From assembly GCF_001194135.2 (NCBI RefSeq), contig NC_068988.1:95847201-95911200 (forward strand): a stretch of DNA of 64,000 nucleotides, given 5' to 3'. The translations under genes and the position numbers were made by a program. Numbering within the stretch: the stretch's first letter is position 1; each line of letters opens with the position of its first letter. The DNA comes from Octopus bimaculoides. Its lineage: Eukaryota. Shown here in pieces: positions 26,554-39,620 of this stretch. Below the pieces are notes generated by a model. That model saw only the letters and a program-made list of their open reading frames with translations, did not search any database and had not been told where the DNA came from.

Positions 26554-27569
26554 TAAATATAGCTGTTCTAAGATTACACGAAGACCTGGTTTTGAAGTCG
26601 ATAAAATTGACCGTGAATCCTTCCACGCTGCCCCCAAAAACAGTCTTTAATAAATAGTCACGAGGAACTGAGAGAATGGAATTGGTGATTTGCATGTTTA
26701 TTCTTAATATGTTCTAGCAGATTCGGACGTGAATATGCTTATCGCTGTTTTCTTTCGTCCTTTACGACGGATATGTGTTCATAACACTCGATTCATTAGC
26801 GCAGGGGACCCTTGGACATCTGATGTTTTGAGATCGTTGTGTTTGGTCAGTCAGAGGCACCCCCAACTAATGACTCTCACAAGAGTTCATATGCTGATCG
26901 TTGTTGAGTTTCTGCACAGGAGAACAACTATTATACTAATATATTTACTAATGATGTCTAGGAAATTTCATTTCAGAAATAATGATTATTTTAATAAGAA
27001 AATATTCAAAGAGTTCTTTCTTCCGTAATAAATGTAAACATGATCACCGAGGAGAGAGGACACAAGCAGAGAAGAAGCTGTGAAGCCAGTCTGAGATTCA
27101 GTGTTACCTTTTAACGCGTAAACAATATAACTTCCTTACACAACCAGTAGCACCAATAATACTACAAGACAACATATATCACCGTTAACAAAGAAGACCG
27201 AGACGATGAGAGTGATTTTGCAGTGTTGATTGACCTGCTAAAAGTGCTAGCCAACTATCCCTGAAATGACATTCTCGCTGCTTCAAAAGGGAAAGACATT
27301 GGATACTTAACTAATATGCGTCTTAGACTGCATCTACTTCTTTCATTTGTATTTTCAGTTCTAGTATTAAAATCCTTCTCCCCTTCCCTCTCCTCCCCTC
27401 CTCCTCCTACTCCTCCTCCTCCTCCTTCTTCTTCATCTTCTTCTTCTCTCCGTTTCTTTCTCTTCTATCAATATATCTTTTGTGCTCTCTTTCTATCTCT
27501 CTGTTCCTGTTTCTTTTNNNNNNNNNNNNNNNNNNNNNNNNNNNNNNNNNNNNNNNNNNNNNNNNNNNN

Positions 27570-27614
<45 letters not shown>

Positions 27615-27920
27615 ATGAAGGACAAGAGTACGAATTGTTGAATTTGTCTCTCCTCGGGGAAATTCAACCTGATATAATCTATATATATATATAAAGCAGA
27701 GTTTATGTGTGTGTACTTCATAGGAGCCTCGAATATTCGAGAGTCTGATGAAGCTATTAAGGCGTTATTCAGGAACTCAGCTGAGTCCGGTATATCGTAT
27801 AGCAGAAACAGCTGTAAGTTTTATGAGGTTCATAACATAATCATCTATTCCTTGGCCATCTCTCTTTCTTATATATATACATACATGCATGCATGTATCT
27901 AGGTGTGTGTGTGTGTGTGT

Positions 27921-27954
<34 letters not shown>

Positions 27955-28014
27955 TGTGTGTGTGTGTGTGATGGATTGTCTTGTCGTGAACGACAAATGA
28001 GAGTTTAGTAAAAT

Positions 28015-28430
28015 AAAGCATTGATCGTGTTCTATGGACACGAATGTGTCTCTTGAGGCCTGTTGGTGCCTCGCAAGCTATTTGGCAAATGAAACAAGTT
28101 GAGGACTGAGTTTGCTTGAGTGCTTGTGGATCATTCACTATGTGTTTTCTTGAGTGGACGGTACGGCCTGCTTTGCTCCGAGCTGCAGAACCACGATGAC
28201 AAGCAAGGTTTCCATTTAGAGGAGCAGCGTTTTGCCAGCGTGCCTTCGTGCTTGCACGAAGTTGGTCCCGATGCTGGAGTCGACTTTACTCAAATCTTTG
28301 AACTGAGGAGAAGCTGGACTCGCGCCAGGTCCTGCGTTCTGATGCTTCGTTTTCCTAAGGAAAAAAGGGTCATGCTGCATCGCGTACATTCATATAATGA
28401 CTGCGAAGTTTCTCCGGTGATTTGTTCATC
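28015..28430 (-). mobile_element. RTE-like LINE 3' end with C-terminal C2H2 finger, frameshifted
   Basis: Minus strand gives GKRSI, QFKDLSKVD and CFICQIACEAPTGLKRHIRVH (C-x2-C-x12-H-x3-H) in the order typical of RTE ORF C-termini. It ends near a (CA)n tract. Confidence 0.6.
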
Positions 28431-29659
28431 AGATGAAACCTGAATGTAAAACAAAAGAAAAACAAAATGAAAAGCAATATGAGAGTAAGAACCATAATAT
28501 GTCGAAAGCCCTTATCTTTGCCTTGAAATGTTTTTCGACACGATTTATTCTCTGGGGTCTATTTCATATTTTTCAGGATAATAGTGTTTAACTGGAGGAA
28601 GCTTCTTCTTCTAACAAATAGCTCGAGCACTTACAAGTCCATATTGTTGTTGTTACTAGCCTGAGCCAACCCTGATTTGCACACGGTGAAATTCTAATTA
28701 TGACCATCACGCCATCTAGGAATGCAGTAATCGATATACTCTTTCCTTTTTCAAAATAGACGTATTTTGAGGAAGATATGGTTACCATTTCTAATAGACT
28801 AAACAATCACATACAAGCCTCCCTCACTAGTTCGTAGCCCGTTACTGTTGTCAATGAAAATGAAAGCCTTCCGACAGAATATCGAAACTGAGGTCTTAGA
28901 ATAAACTCTCTTAGAGGATATATGAAGTCTATGTCTTCCAGCAACGAATAAAATATTCGACTTTCAAATATCTCATTGCAATGAGATATCCATTCTTAAG
29001 ATAGTTTTCCAAACTTTTACAGTTTTAATTTGCTGTTGCCATATTTATTACTGAAGTGAGAAAACCCACAAACAAAAGGCGAAGTTCAGCAGAAAATTAG
29101 AATCGTTGCAGAGGCGTAACGGAAATAATTCGCAGAAATAAAGACAAAAGATTTGAAGGTAAGTCGTGAGAAAGAAATAGAAAAGATTTAAAACCATTTT
29201 TTGAGGAGTAAAACACTGAAACAAATTTCAATTTAAAATTTATGTCTCTTTAATCATGATGCCTGTCTGTCTGTCTTTCTTTCTCTCTCTCTCTCTCTCT
29301 CTATATNNNNNNNNNNNNNNNNNNNNNNNNNNNNNNNNNNNNNNNNNNNNNNNNNNNNNNNNNNNNNNNNNNNNNNNNNNNNNNNNNNNNNNNNNNNNNN
29401 NNNNNNNNNNNNNNNNNNNNNNNNNNNNNNNNNNNNNNNNNNNNNNNNNNNNNNNNNNNNNNNNNNNNNNNNNNNNNNNNNNNNNNNNNNNNNNNNNNNN
29501 NNNNNNNNNNNNNNNNNNNNNNNNNNNNNNNNNNNNNNNNNNNNNNNNNNNNNNNNNNNNNNNNNNNNNNNNNNNNNNNNNNNNNNNNNNNNNNNNNNNN
29601 NNNNNNNNNNNNNNNNNNNNNNNNNNNNNNNNNNNNNNNNNNNNNNNNNNNNNNNNNNN

Positions 29660-29711
<52 letters not shown>

Positions 29712-30297
29712 TGTGTGTTTGTATGTATGTTTGCATATATATTCTTTTTCTTTTGCAGATAGCAAGAATTAAAATAACCCAGTTCCACATTCACATTTAA
29801 TATATCATATTTATTTACAATTATATTTGATATAACTTTAGCGAAAGTATAAAATACAATTAAGCATTAATGATAAACGATATGACATTAATAAATAATC
29901 GTACTTCGATGTTGTGCAATTAAACATTTAGAAACGAGCCATAAATGAGATGTATGATTTTTGCGAATTATTAGACGGGTGTTTTTGAATTAATACAAGT
30001 GTTATAATTCTGTTTCCAAATATTAATATTCGAAAAATAAAATGAAGTGCTGTGTCATTCTGGGATTTATTCGTGTAATTATTTCATAAAGTATGTCATG
30101 TCCAGTCATTCTATTGATTGCGATGTAAACCTTCGGAACAAGGATTTTTTTAATGTTCGTAATACGGGTGTACACAGTTCTGCCGTAGAGAGAAAACGCT
30201 GAGAAAATGTATTACTGTGAAAACCTGGGGCTTTTTCACACCCCATCCCTGGTTTATGGCCCTTAGAATACTATCACTCCTTTGAATGAATAAATAA

Positions 30298-30350
<53 letters not shown>

Positions 30351-30532
30351 NNNNNNNNNNNNNNNNNNNNNNNNNNNNNNNNNNNNNNNNNNNNNNNNNN
30401 NNNNNNNNNNNNNNNNNNNNNNNNNNNNNNNNNNNNNNNNNNNNNNNNNNNNNNNNNNNNNNNNNNNNNNNNNNNNNNNNNNNNNNNNNNNNNNNNNNNN
30501 NNNNNNNNNNNNNNNNNNNNNNNNNNNNNNNN

Positions 30533-30573
<41 letters not shown>

Positions 30574-30622
30574 GTATGTATATATGTATGTATATATATA
30601 TTTATATGTATGCATGTATGTA

Positions 30623-30654
<32 letters not shown>

Positions 30655-32334
30655 ATATACACAGGTGTCCCTTGCGCAGAGCAATGAACGCTTTCAGCAT
30701 CGCTAGAATCGTATAATTTTTTGTGGAGCTGAAATTAGTTCAATGAAACGAGGGCTTCGATGTAGCAACCATTTAAGATCGATTCAGTTGAATCAAGTAA
30801 GCAACGCTGATAACTAAATCGATAGACTCGAGAGTCTTTTATGTGTATTACAGATTATTTCTGTTTGCTCCCTGTTTTATATTTGGTTTAATTCCCTTTT
30901 TGATTCTGGTTTCAATTTCCGTCATAAATTGACTTTACTTTCCATCTCTCACTTTAGAATCAATAAAGTAACTAACGGTTACTAGTTTCTGGCCGAACAG
31001 TCCTGTAGCTCTCCGTATAACGAGTCCCAACTCACAAAACCATGCTCTCAGTCATAACATAGCTTTGTTCTAGTTGAGAAACTGCACAATCCGGCATAGT
31101 GTTATGACGTCTACGAAAAGCAGCGTGCCACTATGAACATATCCCACCCTCCATACTGTCTGGCCTATAATTGTACATCCGTATATCCTCGTGATGGCTA
31201 CAGTGAAAGCTGCAAATTGAAGCAGATCAAAGGGCAACAATTTCTTTCCCTCGACTCTTATTGTGGGTGGTATATCTCGCCGCAATATATAGACTTCAGG
31301 ACGAGTAATGCTGCTGATGATGCATCTCTATTCATGTGTGGGATTTGGTGTATATTTATCTAAATTGAACAGAAGAAATAAATCCGTTGCTTAGAATGGT
31401 TTTGTTGCAGTGCTCCAGGCTGTTTATATGTGCCTGGGTGTTTGAAGATGGTTTCCTCTTTGTATTCTAGCTATTGCTCTTGTTAACATAATTACTGTTT
31501 TTTTAAGGTATTTTTGTAGAGGTTTCGTAAATGAAGTTAAGCTTTTGTGTTTTTCTGAGTATAAACTTTGTAAAACTTGATTTTAGTGATTTTAAAGAGC
31601 GTTTCATTCACAACTGTAGACTGTACCATTTTCTAATGGCGTTCGCACGTGTTGCGAGAAACAATTCTGTGTTGACGAAAATATAACATGGTTTTATCGG
31701 TGTTGCAACTGGGTCTTCTTTTCTTATATTCAAGATGCTTTATTCCATATATTTCTTCATTTTCAAGACAGCTGATTGGCTGCTGCAATTTCTTGCATGA
31801 CATACGACCTCATTGACCTCCTCGTTCACTCGTTATTGTTGTTTTTGTTTAGCGTCAAGTAAGATATAATTGAGCGTACATATAATTAAAGATCTTCCAA
31901 CTGGATACCTGGGACTAACTTATCCCATGTCTTTCCCTTTTTAGAAGGTAGAACATGATTTATGGAAGTTTGGTTAGCATTTTCATCAAATAAAGCGACT
32001 CTGTAGAGGCTCCCTTATCGGCTCAAATAACTATCAGGTGAATTTAGTCGATCATATCCCACACCGCTACAAAAATATCGATATTGATTTCCATTTGATA
32101 AATCGCAAGGGTTACCGCCACGTGGAGTGAAACGGAAATTTGATGAGGATCAATAGCGATAAAGTGAAGAAAAATAAGATGGGTTCAACCGGGAATTGAA
32201 CCTGTCCAGGCGTAAACTACATTTCGTACGACTCCTTTCAATGTGTATGTTTCCTCGAGTCTCGAAACATTTCTTGTGCCGTATATAGTCAAGTGTGTAA
32301 TCGGAAATATGGTTGATTTCTTAGCCAAGCACAA

Positions 32335-32470
32335 AACTATATTTCGGAGTTTAGTTGATTACATCAACTAGACTCTAGTCTTGCCTAGAACTTATTTTAT
32401 CGATTTAGAAGAATGAAAAACAAAGTCTACCATGGTAATATTCGATCCCTGAATGTAATCCAGTGCAACT
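32335..32470 (-). mobile_element. Family A SINE, degenerate reverse copy
   Basis: TTGATTACATCAAC..ACTTATTTTATCGAT..GAATGAAAAACAAAGTCTACC is the reverse complement of the family A body. Confidence 0.6.
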
Positions 32471-32930
32471 ACATTCAGTAAGACATTTTGGTCAACACTT
32501 CTCTGATTTTACCAATCCAACGCCCTACAAACGCAAAAATATTAAGAAATATAAACAGCATTTATCATCCATACATGAATGCTTTTAACGTGTTACTATT
32601 CGTTTACGTATGATGTATGAAAATGAGCAATTTTTGTGTTGTTAGTATTTGATGGAAATTTACTGGTGAACGCTCTGCTGACATTAACGCATGCTTGATT
32701 AAATATTGCAAAATAGCGTTTGTATAATTTCTCTCTGATGTCTATAAAACACTGATTTTTTTGGTTCCGGAGTCAAAATAGTTGTTTGCTTATTTTACTT
32801 GTCTGTTTATTGGCGTTGTCTTTTTTTTTTTTAGGTTCTTCTCGTCACAAAGATTGCTTTAGGATAATTATAATAATAACAACAAAGACGACAGCAACAA
32901 TTCAATGATAATAATAATAANNNNNNNNNN

Positions 32931-32986
<56 letters not shown>

Positions 32987-32990
32987 TAAT

Positions 32991-33057
<67 letters not shown>

Positions 33058-33129
33058 GCAACAACAACGTTTGTAGTGAGCTTAAATACATAGCCAGATA
33101 GGTCTACACAAATATATATACATATAATC

Positions 33130-33163
<34 letters not shown>

Positions 33164-34073
33164 TACACACACACACACACACACATACATGCATGTATAC
33201 ACAGATTATTTGAAAAAAGGATTCTATTGCTGTAATGGCTGAGTACTCGGCAACTGGTTGTGTCTCTTGATATAATGTTTAATAAACCTGTTTGGGTTCC
33301 ATTTCAGGACATGGTATGGTCAAAACATCAGATATGTAGAAAGACGGAGCTGGCAATGCCATTTTTCGCTATGTTTAGAGTAAATATATATAAAGCCCTC
33401 AACAGCAACCAAACAAACCATTATAAGTTACGGAACGTACATGTTTTTATATTTCCATATTTTACAAGATTAAGATTAGAAAATTACCTTTTTTCTGGGA
33501 AACAGAAACTAACGGCGGACAATGGGAAGGAAACTGCGACTCTTGGTTTGCTACAATCAGAAGCAGCACACCAAGATATCAATTTATCTTCAAATCTGAA
33601 ATTTATTCAGAATACTTGTCCACAACAGTCAGATTGTGGTTTTATACCGAAAAAAGATTAAGTCTAGAGGCCAATCGATATTTAATCGAAGTGAAAATTT
33701 TATCACTTGTTCACCTCAGGTTCTGTCTTTTATCTTGCATGGAACAGCAGCTGTCAAAATCAGCAAGGTTCTAGAATACTTCTACAGCGGGTTAAAATGT
33801 ATATTTACCATGGAAGACAATTAACATGCGAACTTTTCACATTCTTTCGCTCTTTTTCTCACTATAACGTTGTTTCCTTTTTGACAAGACATAAAATCCC
33901 AGAATTTCAAGGCAAGATCAGATGAAATATCAAAACTTCCCATGTCAAGAGCATCAGTAAAGAAAGGCAAAATGCATTTGAGTCGGATTTGAACTCACTG
34001 CTTAAGGACATACAAGCAGGTGTATGAACAACAAGCAAGTGTATTAGTTTGACGCTCGGGAAAATGAAAAAGT

Positions 34074-34109
34074 CTTTTACGTTTCGAGCCTACGCTCTTC
34101 AACAGAAAG
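34074..34109 (-). ncRNA. Minimal type-I hammerhead-ribozyme-like motif (Penelope-associated architecture), variant core
   Basis: Minus strand: CUUU [CUG U U GA A] GAGC-GUAG-GCUC [GAA] ACGU A AAAG, giving a 4-bp stem I, 4-bp stem II, palindromic stem III and GUA site. It lies in a short repeat at ~34010-34135. Activity untested. Confidence 0.6.
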
Positions 34110-35304
34110 GAATGAGAGAAAATAAACAGAAGTATGAAGATAAACTGAAAATAAACTGAAATATGAAGAGGTGTTTACTCATAACAATAGTTTCGTATTT
34201 CTGCTGTAACACTAATATCTTTACACGAACCTCGAACAAATTCTAGTTAAACAAGTACAGTCTAAAAGGAATAATATCTTTCACCGGAAATCATACATAA
34301 AAATCAAAGAACGGCTTAAAACCAAAATATAGTTGATGAACTCCTGTAATTCCTAATTACAGTTGAAGGTTCTTACCAATTAGCGAAAAGCCTCCTGGCA
34401 TTTAGAATACTTTACATCTTTTGCATTTCGCTTTCAATAATGGTGCTGCTATCCTCTTGTACATATTTGTAAAATAAAATTGCTAAAACTCCATACAGGG
34501 TAGTACAGAGGAAAGTGAGACAATAGGTTAATTAATTAGTCTTCTCACTTCGTCTACAACCAGAATATTTTGATGTGAAGGGGAACTTTTGATGGTTAAG
34601 AGGGAATCTGCTGTTACTAAAAGACTTCAGATAATTGACTTGCGAGAAAGAGAATATATATTGCATTAAAAGCTTGTCTGTTAGTCGTGCTGAAATAAAA
34701 AAAAAAAGTAAAAAAGAAATAATTTTTATGTGTTAATGTACATTTTGAGATTAATCATCTACATTAGTTGAAATATTAATTCTTACCATTTGATTTTCCA
34801 TAAAATGTTTAATGAAATTCAAAACATTTGTAAAAGAAAGTGAATGGATGTAGAAATGGTATCGAAATATGAGAATGTACTTTTATGAAAAATCTGGGAC
34901 ACGTACTTCACACACAAACTCATAATGTAAAGCAATATTTAAGAAACTTGCAAAAACCAGCGAGAAATTTAACAACTTCAGAGACATTTGTGAATGAAAA
35001 TAATGATATTTAATTTACTAGCAAATGTCTGCTCTATATTTTGGTTCTAAAATCCAGCTCACAAGACTTTCATCGAATCAAAATCATGATAGTGAACAAT
35101 TTAGAGAATGTCAGGTAAACACTTTTGCCAACTGCACAAACGGTAGCGGGGGACCTCCGTCATTCGACGATGAGGATTCAATTGTTCGATTATCTGAATT
35201 AACTTCTTCTGAATTAACATGTTAGCAGCTGAGTATTCGCAGACACATGTATCCTTCACTAAATTTTCGAGTACAATCAGCGCAGCAGAATGTATGACAC
35301 GGCT

Positions 35305-35420
35305 GTAACTTTTGAATTACAGGCAAAATCCACCCGACGAAAGGCTTCTATACCGTTTCCGTCCACCCGATTAACCGGGATCGAAACCAGGACCTTGCGG
35401 TTGCGAAGTGAACTTTCCAC
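35305..35420 (-). mobile_element. tRNA-derived SINE, reverse orientation, internally deleted
   Basis: GAAAGGCTTCTATACCGTTTCCGTCCACC..GGGATCGAAACCAGGACCTTGCGGTTGCGAAG; related to 50790-50930. Confidence 0.6.
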
Positions 35421-35440
35421 ACAGTTCACGTAACTGTTCA

Positions 35441-35593
35441 ATCCTACATTCAAAATAGAAGCAAGTCACATGGAAGTTCTATCCTACATTCAAAAAAGAA
35501 GCAAGTCACATGGACGTTCTATCCTACATTCAAAAAAGAAGCAAGTCACATGGACGTTCTATCCTACATTCAAAATAGAAGCAAGTCACATGG
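35441..35593. repeat. 40-bp tandem repeat, 3.8 copies
   Basis: Unit ATCCTACATTCAAAA(T/A)AGAAGCAAGTCACATGGA(A/C)GTTCT starts at 35441, 35481, 35521 and 35561. Confidence 0.97.
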
Positions 35594-36880
35594 GTGTTAT
35601 TCCATTTCTCTAACTGGTGTGTTCAGTCTTAACTGGCAATAATTTCCTCTGACCAAGGGTTGTATTCGATCTCAGTATCTTATTGGAGTTACTTGTCATT
35701 GGCGTTCTTTAACTCTGTATCACCTGAAATCAATAAAAAGAACACGATTTTACCATAAATATTTGTATGGTTACAATAGCTTCTATACCATCACTTTGAT
35801 AGTAACCACCCACTTAGAGTTATTGAATGATGTACAGCGAAAGAATATTTATTGAATGGAAAAGTAAAGATTGTAAATGAAGATTAGTGACTAAAACAAT
35901 AATCAGGTGTGTCAACTAATTTTGTATTCAGGTAGGAAGAGGCTGTCTTCTTTGAAGCGAACATTCGTGTATAAGTCAGATGTAAGCTGTCGGTGTGAGT
36001 CAACGAAAAACACTGGTGTTTTCATAGAAAAGCAATAACAGAAGGTTATAAATAATTCATATGAAATAGTTTCCAAATGATATGAAATCGCCGGAAGACT
36101 TTCACTCGAAGAATGTTAAACTTTTAATAAATCTGTACATTTAGTGGGTTTTAAATTGCTCATAAACAAGAAATAAATCTCAAATAATTTTAGGAACAGA
36201 TTGGAGAAATATTAAATAAATGATGTATCTTCGTAGTTTGTCTGTTTATTGAATTAGTTACAAGTTACTATTTTCAGTTTATATATATAAATGATTCTAA
36301 CATGAAAGGCCAATAAAGAGGAACACTGTCTATTGCGTTGCACACATAACAATGTCTTGCAGTTCGTTGACTAACATTAATAGAAATTACTGTGAATATT
36401 TCAGAATTAACTGGGAAGGTGTGATGTATTAATTTATGCTTTCTGAAACAATACTTATTCGACTGAAGCAAGAAGGGTGTCTACGAAATGATACGAAAAT
36501 ATTCTTTCATAGAATTTCTATAATAAAGCAAATCGATACAGCAGAGAATATAACTTGAATATTTACACAGCATAACAGATATAGTACAACTATATTATAT
36601 GACGACTGTATATATTTGAATATTATAACTTTATAAAATTATCTTGGTAGTAATGACATTTCAGATGACTTCACTGAAAATAATCCAATAGAGATATTGA
36701 ATATACTGTCATCGAATCACATATTTCGTTTCTATATCCTTTAGAAGATTTGACTGAGATTTCTGAAGCAGCAAACTTTGTATTGCGCTATAAATACGTA
36801 TCCTTTCAACAGATTCACTACAGTTGATATGGAAAATTGATAGAAAATCACACATTTATATTTGGTTTTACTCACTTATA

Positions 36881-36950
<70 letters not shown>

Positions 36951-37258
36951 GCTATGCGTAAGTTAGTAAATATCATTGTTTCCGTGTTACGGGGCAGATA
37001 AACTAGTTTACCAATGATTGATTCTTGACCCTCCATCTTTTTTTTTTTCATTTTTTATTACATAAATGTGGCAATATACACTCCAGTTAATTATATTTCA
37101 CCCATTCGATGCGAGACGTCTTCGCTACTATTTTTAAAAAGGTTTCAACATACACAGGACTTCATATTATTTTTTCTATTATTCCAAGATATATTACCTC
37201 CTCTAGATCCTCCCGGGGAGGAAGATGTTGATGTAGTTGATGTTTAACTTGTGGGTGA

Positions 37259-37490
37259 AGGCGCGTGGCTTAGTGGTTACGGCTTTCGGTTTGCGATCGT
37301 AGGATCGTGTGTTCGATTCCCGGTGACGCGTTGTGTCCTTGAGCAAGACACTTTATTTCGCGTTGCTCCAGTCCAATCAGCTGACGAAAATGCGTAGTGC
37401 CTGCATTTCAAAGGACCTGAGAACTGTATGAAGGGTATTCGTTCTGTGGAGTTCTCAGAACCCTCTTCGTCGTAACCGACGGAGTGTCAG
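37259..37490 (+). mobile_element. tRNA-derived CORE-type SINE
   Basis: A-box TGGCTTAGTGG, B-box GTTCGATTCC, then TGTCCTTGAGCAAGACACTTTATTTC..GCTCCAGTCCAATCAGCTG and tail CGTCGTAACCGACGGAGTG. Confidence 0.88.
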
Positions 37491-38717
37491 TTAATTTGTA
37501 CTTTGGAAGGTTCATGTAGACAAGGAAACAGATAGGGCTTGAGTTTCGATGGTGTGATGGGGTGGGGGGAAGTTCTGAAAAAATGTGGGCTTAAGTACAG
37601 TGTTTTCCGTTTTTACTATTTTCGATCTGGTGGAGATACGAATATTGGTTGATACAAGGCCTTCGTGTGAGAACAAGGCCGTGGGGATAAGAATATTGGG
37701 TAATACAAGGCCTTGGTGTGACAATGCCTGCATCATGGGTAGATTTGTTAGTATTATTAGGAATTGTATGGAAAACTGTTTAAACATTTTGTGTAGAAGT
37801 AGAAACAGTTTATGGCACATAAATTTTGCCAACAAAATCTTACATGGATCCTGGCTGAGAATCACTGGTTTAGGGTCTCACAATCCGCAGGGACTCATAG
37901 TAATTAAAAGGCATACGTTTTTTCAAATTTTTGTGAAACCTCTTGATGTTATTTTTTTAAAGAAGGATAATCCAAGCTTTGTATAACTTCAGACGTCATC
38001 GACTCCGAATCTGGCAAATGTTTTCAAAACTTAATTCCACAAGGGATGAAAGAGCAAAGAAAATCACATAATTGTTTTATTTTCCATCCATTCAGAAAAC
38101 CTGAATTTGTTATATTAGTATAAACATGAAATTAACATTATATCAGATACTAAATATTTGACTTCTAGTTAAGTAATATAGCTTTGTATTTGTAGGCGGG
38201 GTGGGGCAGGGGGATTTTTCGAGTTTAGACAGAATAATTAATACATTTTATGTTCTGATTACTTTTCTCTACTCTTCTGTTAATTTAGGAAGTGTAATTA
38301 ATTTAATTATTATTAAGATATAATTAATTAATAGAGAGCTTTTTGTAATGTGGTTATAATGATTTAATAGTTTATAAGATTAACTGTTTATAATAACAAA
38401 CAGTTGTTAATAATTACGAGTTAATTTCAAAGGGATTTCCATATAATAGTTTAAATCATAGATTTTAACAAAAGAAAAATGTAAACAAGGATTTAACAGT
38501 TAATTAGCGTGTATCTGGTTTTTGGTTCTTTTGGAGATTAGATTTCCTCTTTATACATCCGGATTTCAAAGGCCGCACTGCGGTGGTCCCTGTATTCCCT
38601 CGAGGGTCAACAAAATGAGTTACGGATTTGTAACGAAGTTGTTAGACTGACAATACATTTCTACTAATTAGTTGAAACAAGGAGAATAGCTCTAAGAGGT
38701 CGATCAATCTCTTATAA

Positions 38718-38756
<39 letters not shown>

Positions 38757-38989
38757 TGTATATATATATACATGTGTGTGTGTGTGTGTGTGTGTCTGTC
38801 TGTGTGTGTGTAAATATACGATGTATAGCACCTGTCGTGAAATTAAATCTATTCTTTTATTTTTGTTTGTTCTCCGTTCAGTTATGGTTATTTACCTTTT
38901 TTTTTTGCTCTTTGCTTTCTTGAAGAAGCGTTTCTCTGTTGTAAACAGAAACAGGAAACTTAAGACTACCCCCCCCCCTCCAACTGACA

Positions 38990-39060
38990 GACCCCTTATG
39001 TGTACCTTTGTAGAAAGTAGACGTCCAACGTGCTCAAATTGTAAAGTACCAATTAAAGTA
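38990..39060 (+). mobile_element. Possible LINE ORF1 (gag-like) zinc-knuckle remnant
   Basis: DRPLMCTFVESRRPTCSNC resembles the VEGRRPxCxxC lead-in of Tx1 ORF1 knuckles; very short. Confidence 0.3.
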
Positions 39061-39147
39061 CACGACATGTGAAATGGAACTCCAAATATTCCATTACAGT
39101 TGAAAAAAGATGTCCGGAAACAAAATACTTTTACCACAATGCCGGCA

Positions 39148-39428
39148 AGGCGCGTTGCTTAGTGGTTAGAATATTGGGCTTACGATCGAAAGTCATTAGT
39201 TCAATTCTTGGCGGTGCGCTGTGTCCTTAAGTAAGGCACTAGTACCTGCATTGCAAAGAGCCAAATTTGTCACATTCTGTGTCACGTTGAATATCCCCGA
39301 AAACTACATTAAAGGTACATGTGTCTGTGGAGTGCTCAGCCATTTGCACATTAATTAATTTCATCAACAGGTTGTTCCATTGATCGGATCAACTTGGACG
39401 CTCATCGTCGTTAACGACGGAGTGTCAG
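39148..39428 (+). mobile_element. CORE-type SINE, second copy
   Basis: GGCGCGTTGCTTAGTGGTTAG..GTTCAATTC..GTGTCCTTAAGTAAGGCACT..GTCTGTGGAGTGCTCAG..CGTCGTTAACGACGGAGTG, homologous to 37259-37490. Confidence 0.85.
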
Positions 39429-39479
39429 TTTTTTTTAATATAATGTCACAGGTGTGTAAAAGAGTCTTTCATATAAAAC

Positions 39480-39620
39480 CCCAGTTCCCCAGGAGGATGA
39501 AAAGCGAAGTTGACTTTGATGAAAGCTAAATTCGGAAACGTTAAGATCTGGACCAAAAACACCAAACATTTTGTCCGGCTCTCGAACGATTCTACCAGTC
39601 CATTGTTTCCATGGTTTGGA
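39480..39620 (-). mobile_element. Family A SINE, degenerate reverse copy
   Basis: Reverse complement GACTGGTAGAATCGTTCGAGAGCCGGACAAAATGTTT..AAAGTCAACTTCGCTTTTCATCCT; accounts for part of ORF 39435-39842. Confidence 0.65.

Noticed and set aside
37259-37335. Possible tRNA gene
   Set aside because: A and B boxes are present, but the sequence continues into a SINE body and lacks a complete acceptor stem.
37585-37986. Overlapping 133-aa plus and 117-aa minus ORFs with a ~50-bp internal duplication
   Set aside because: No domain recognised; probably a non-autonomous repeat with chance open frames.
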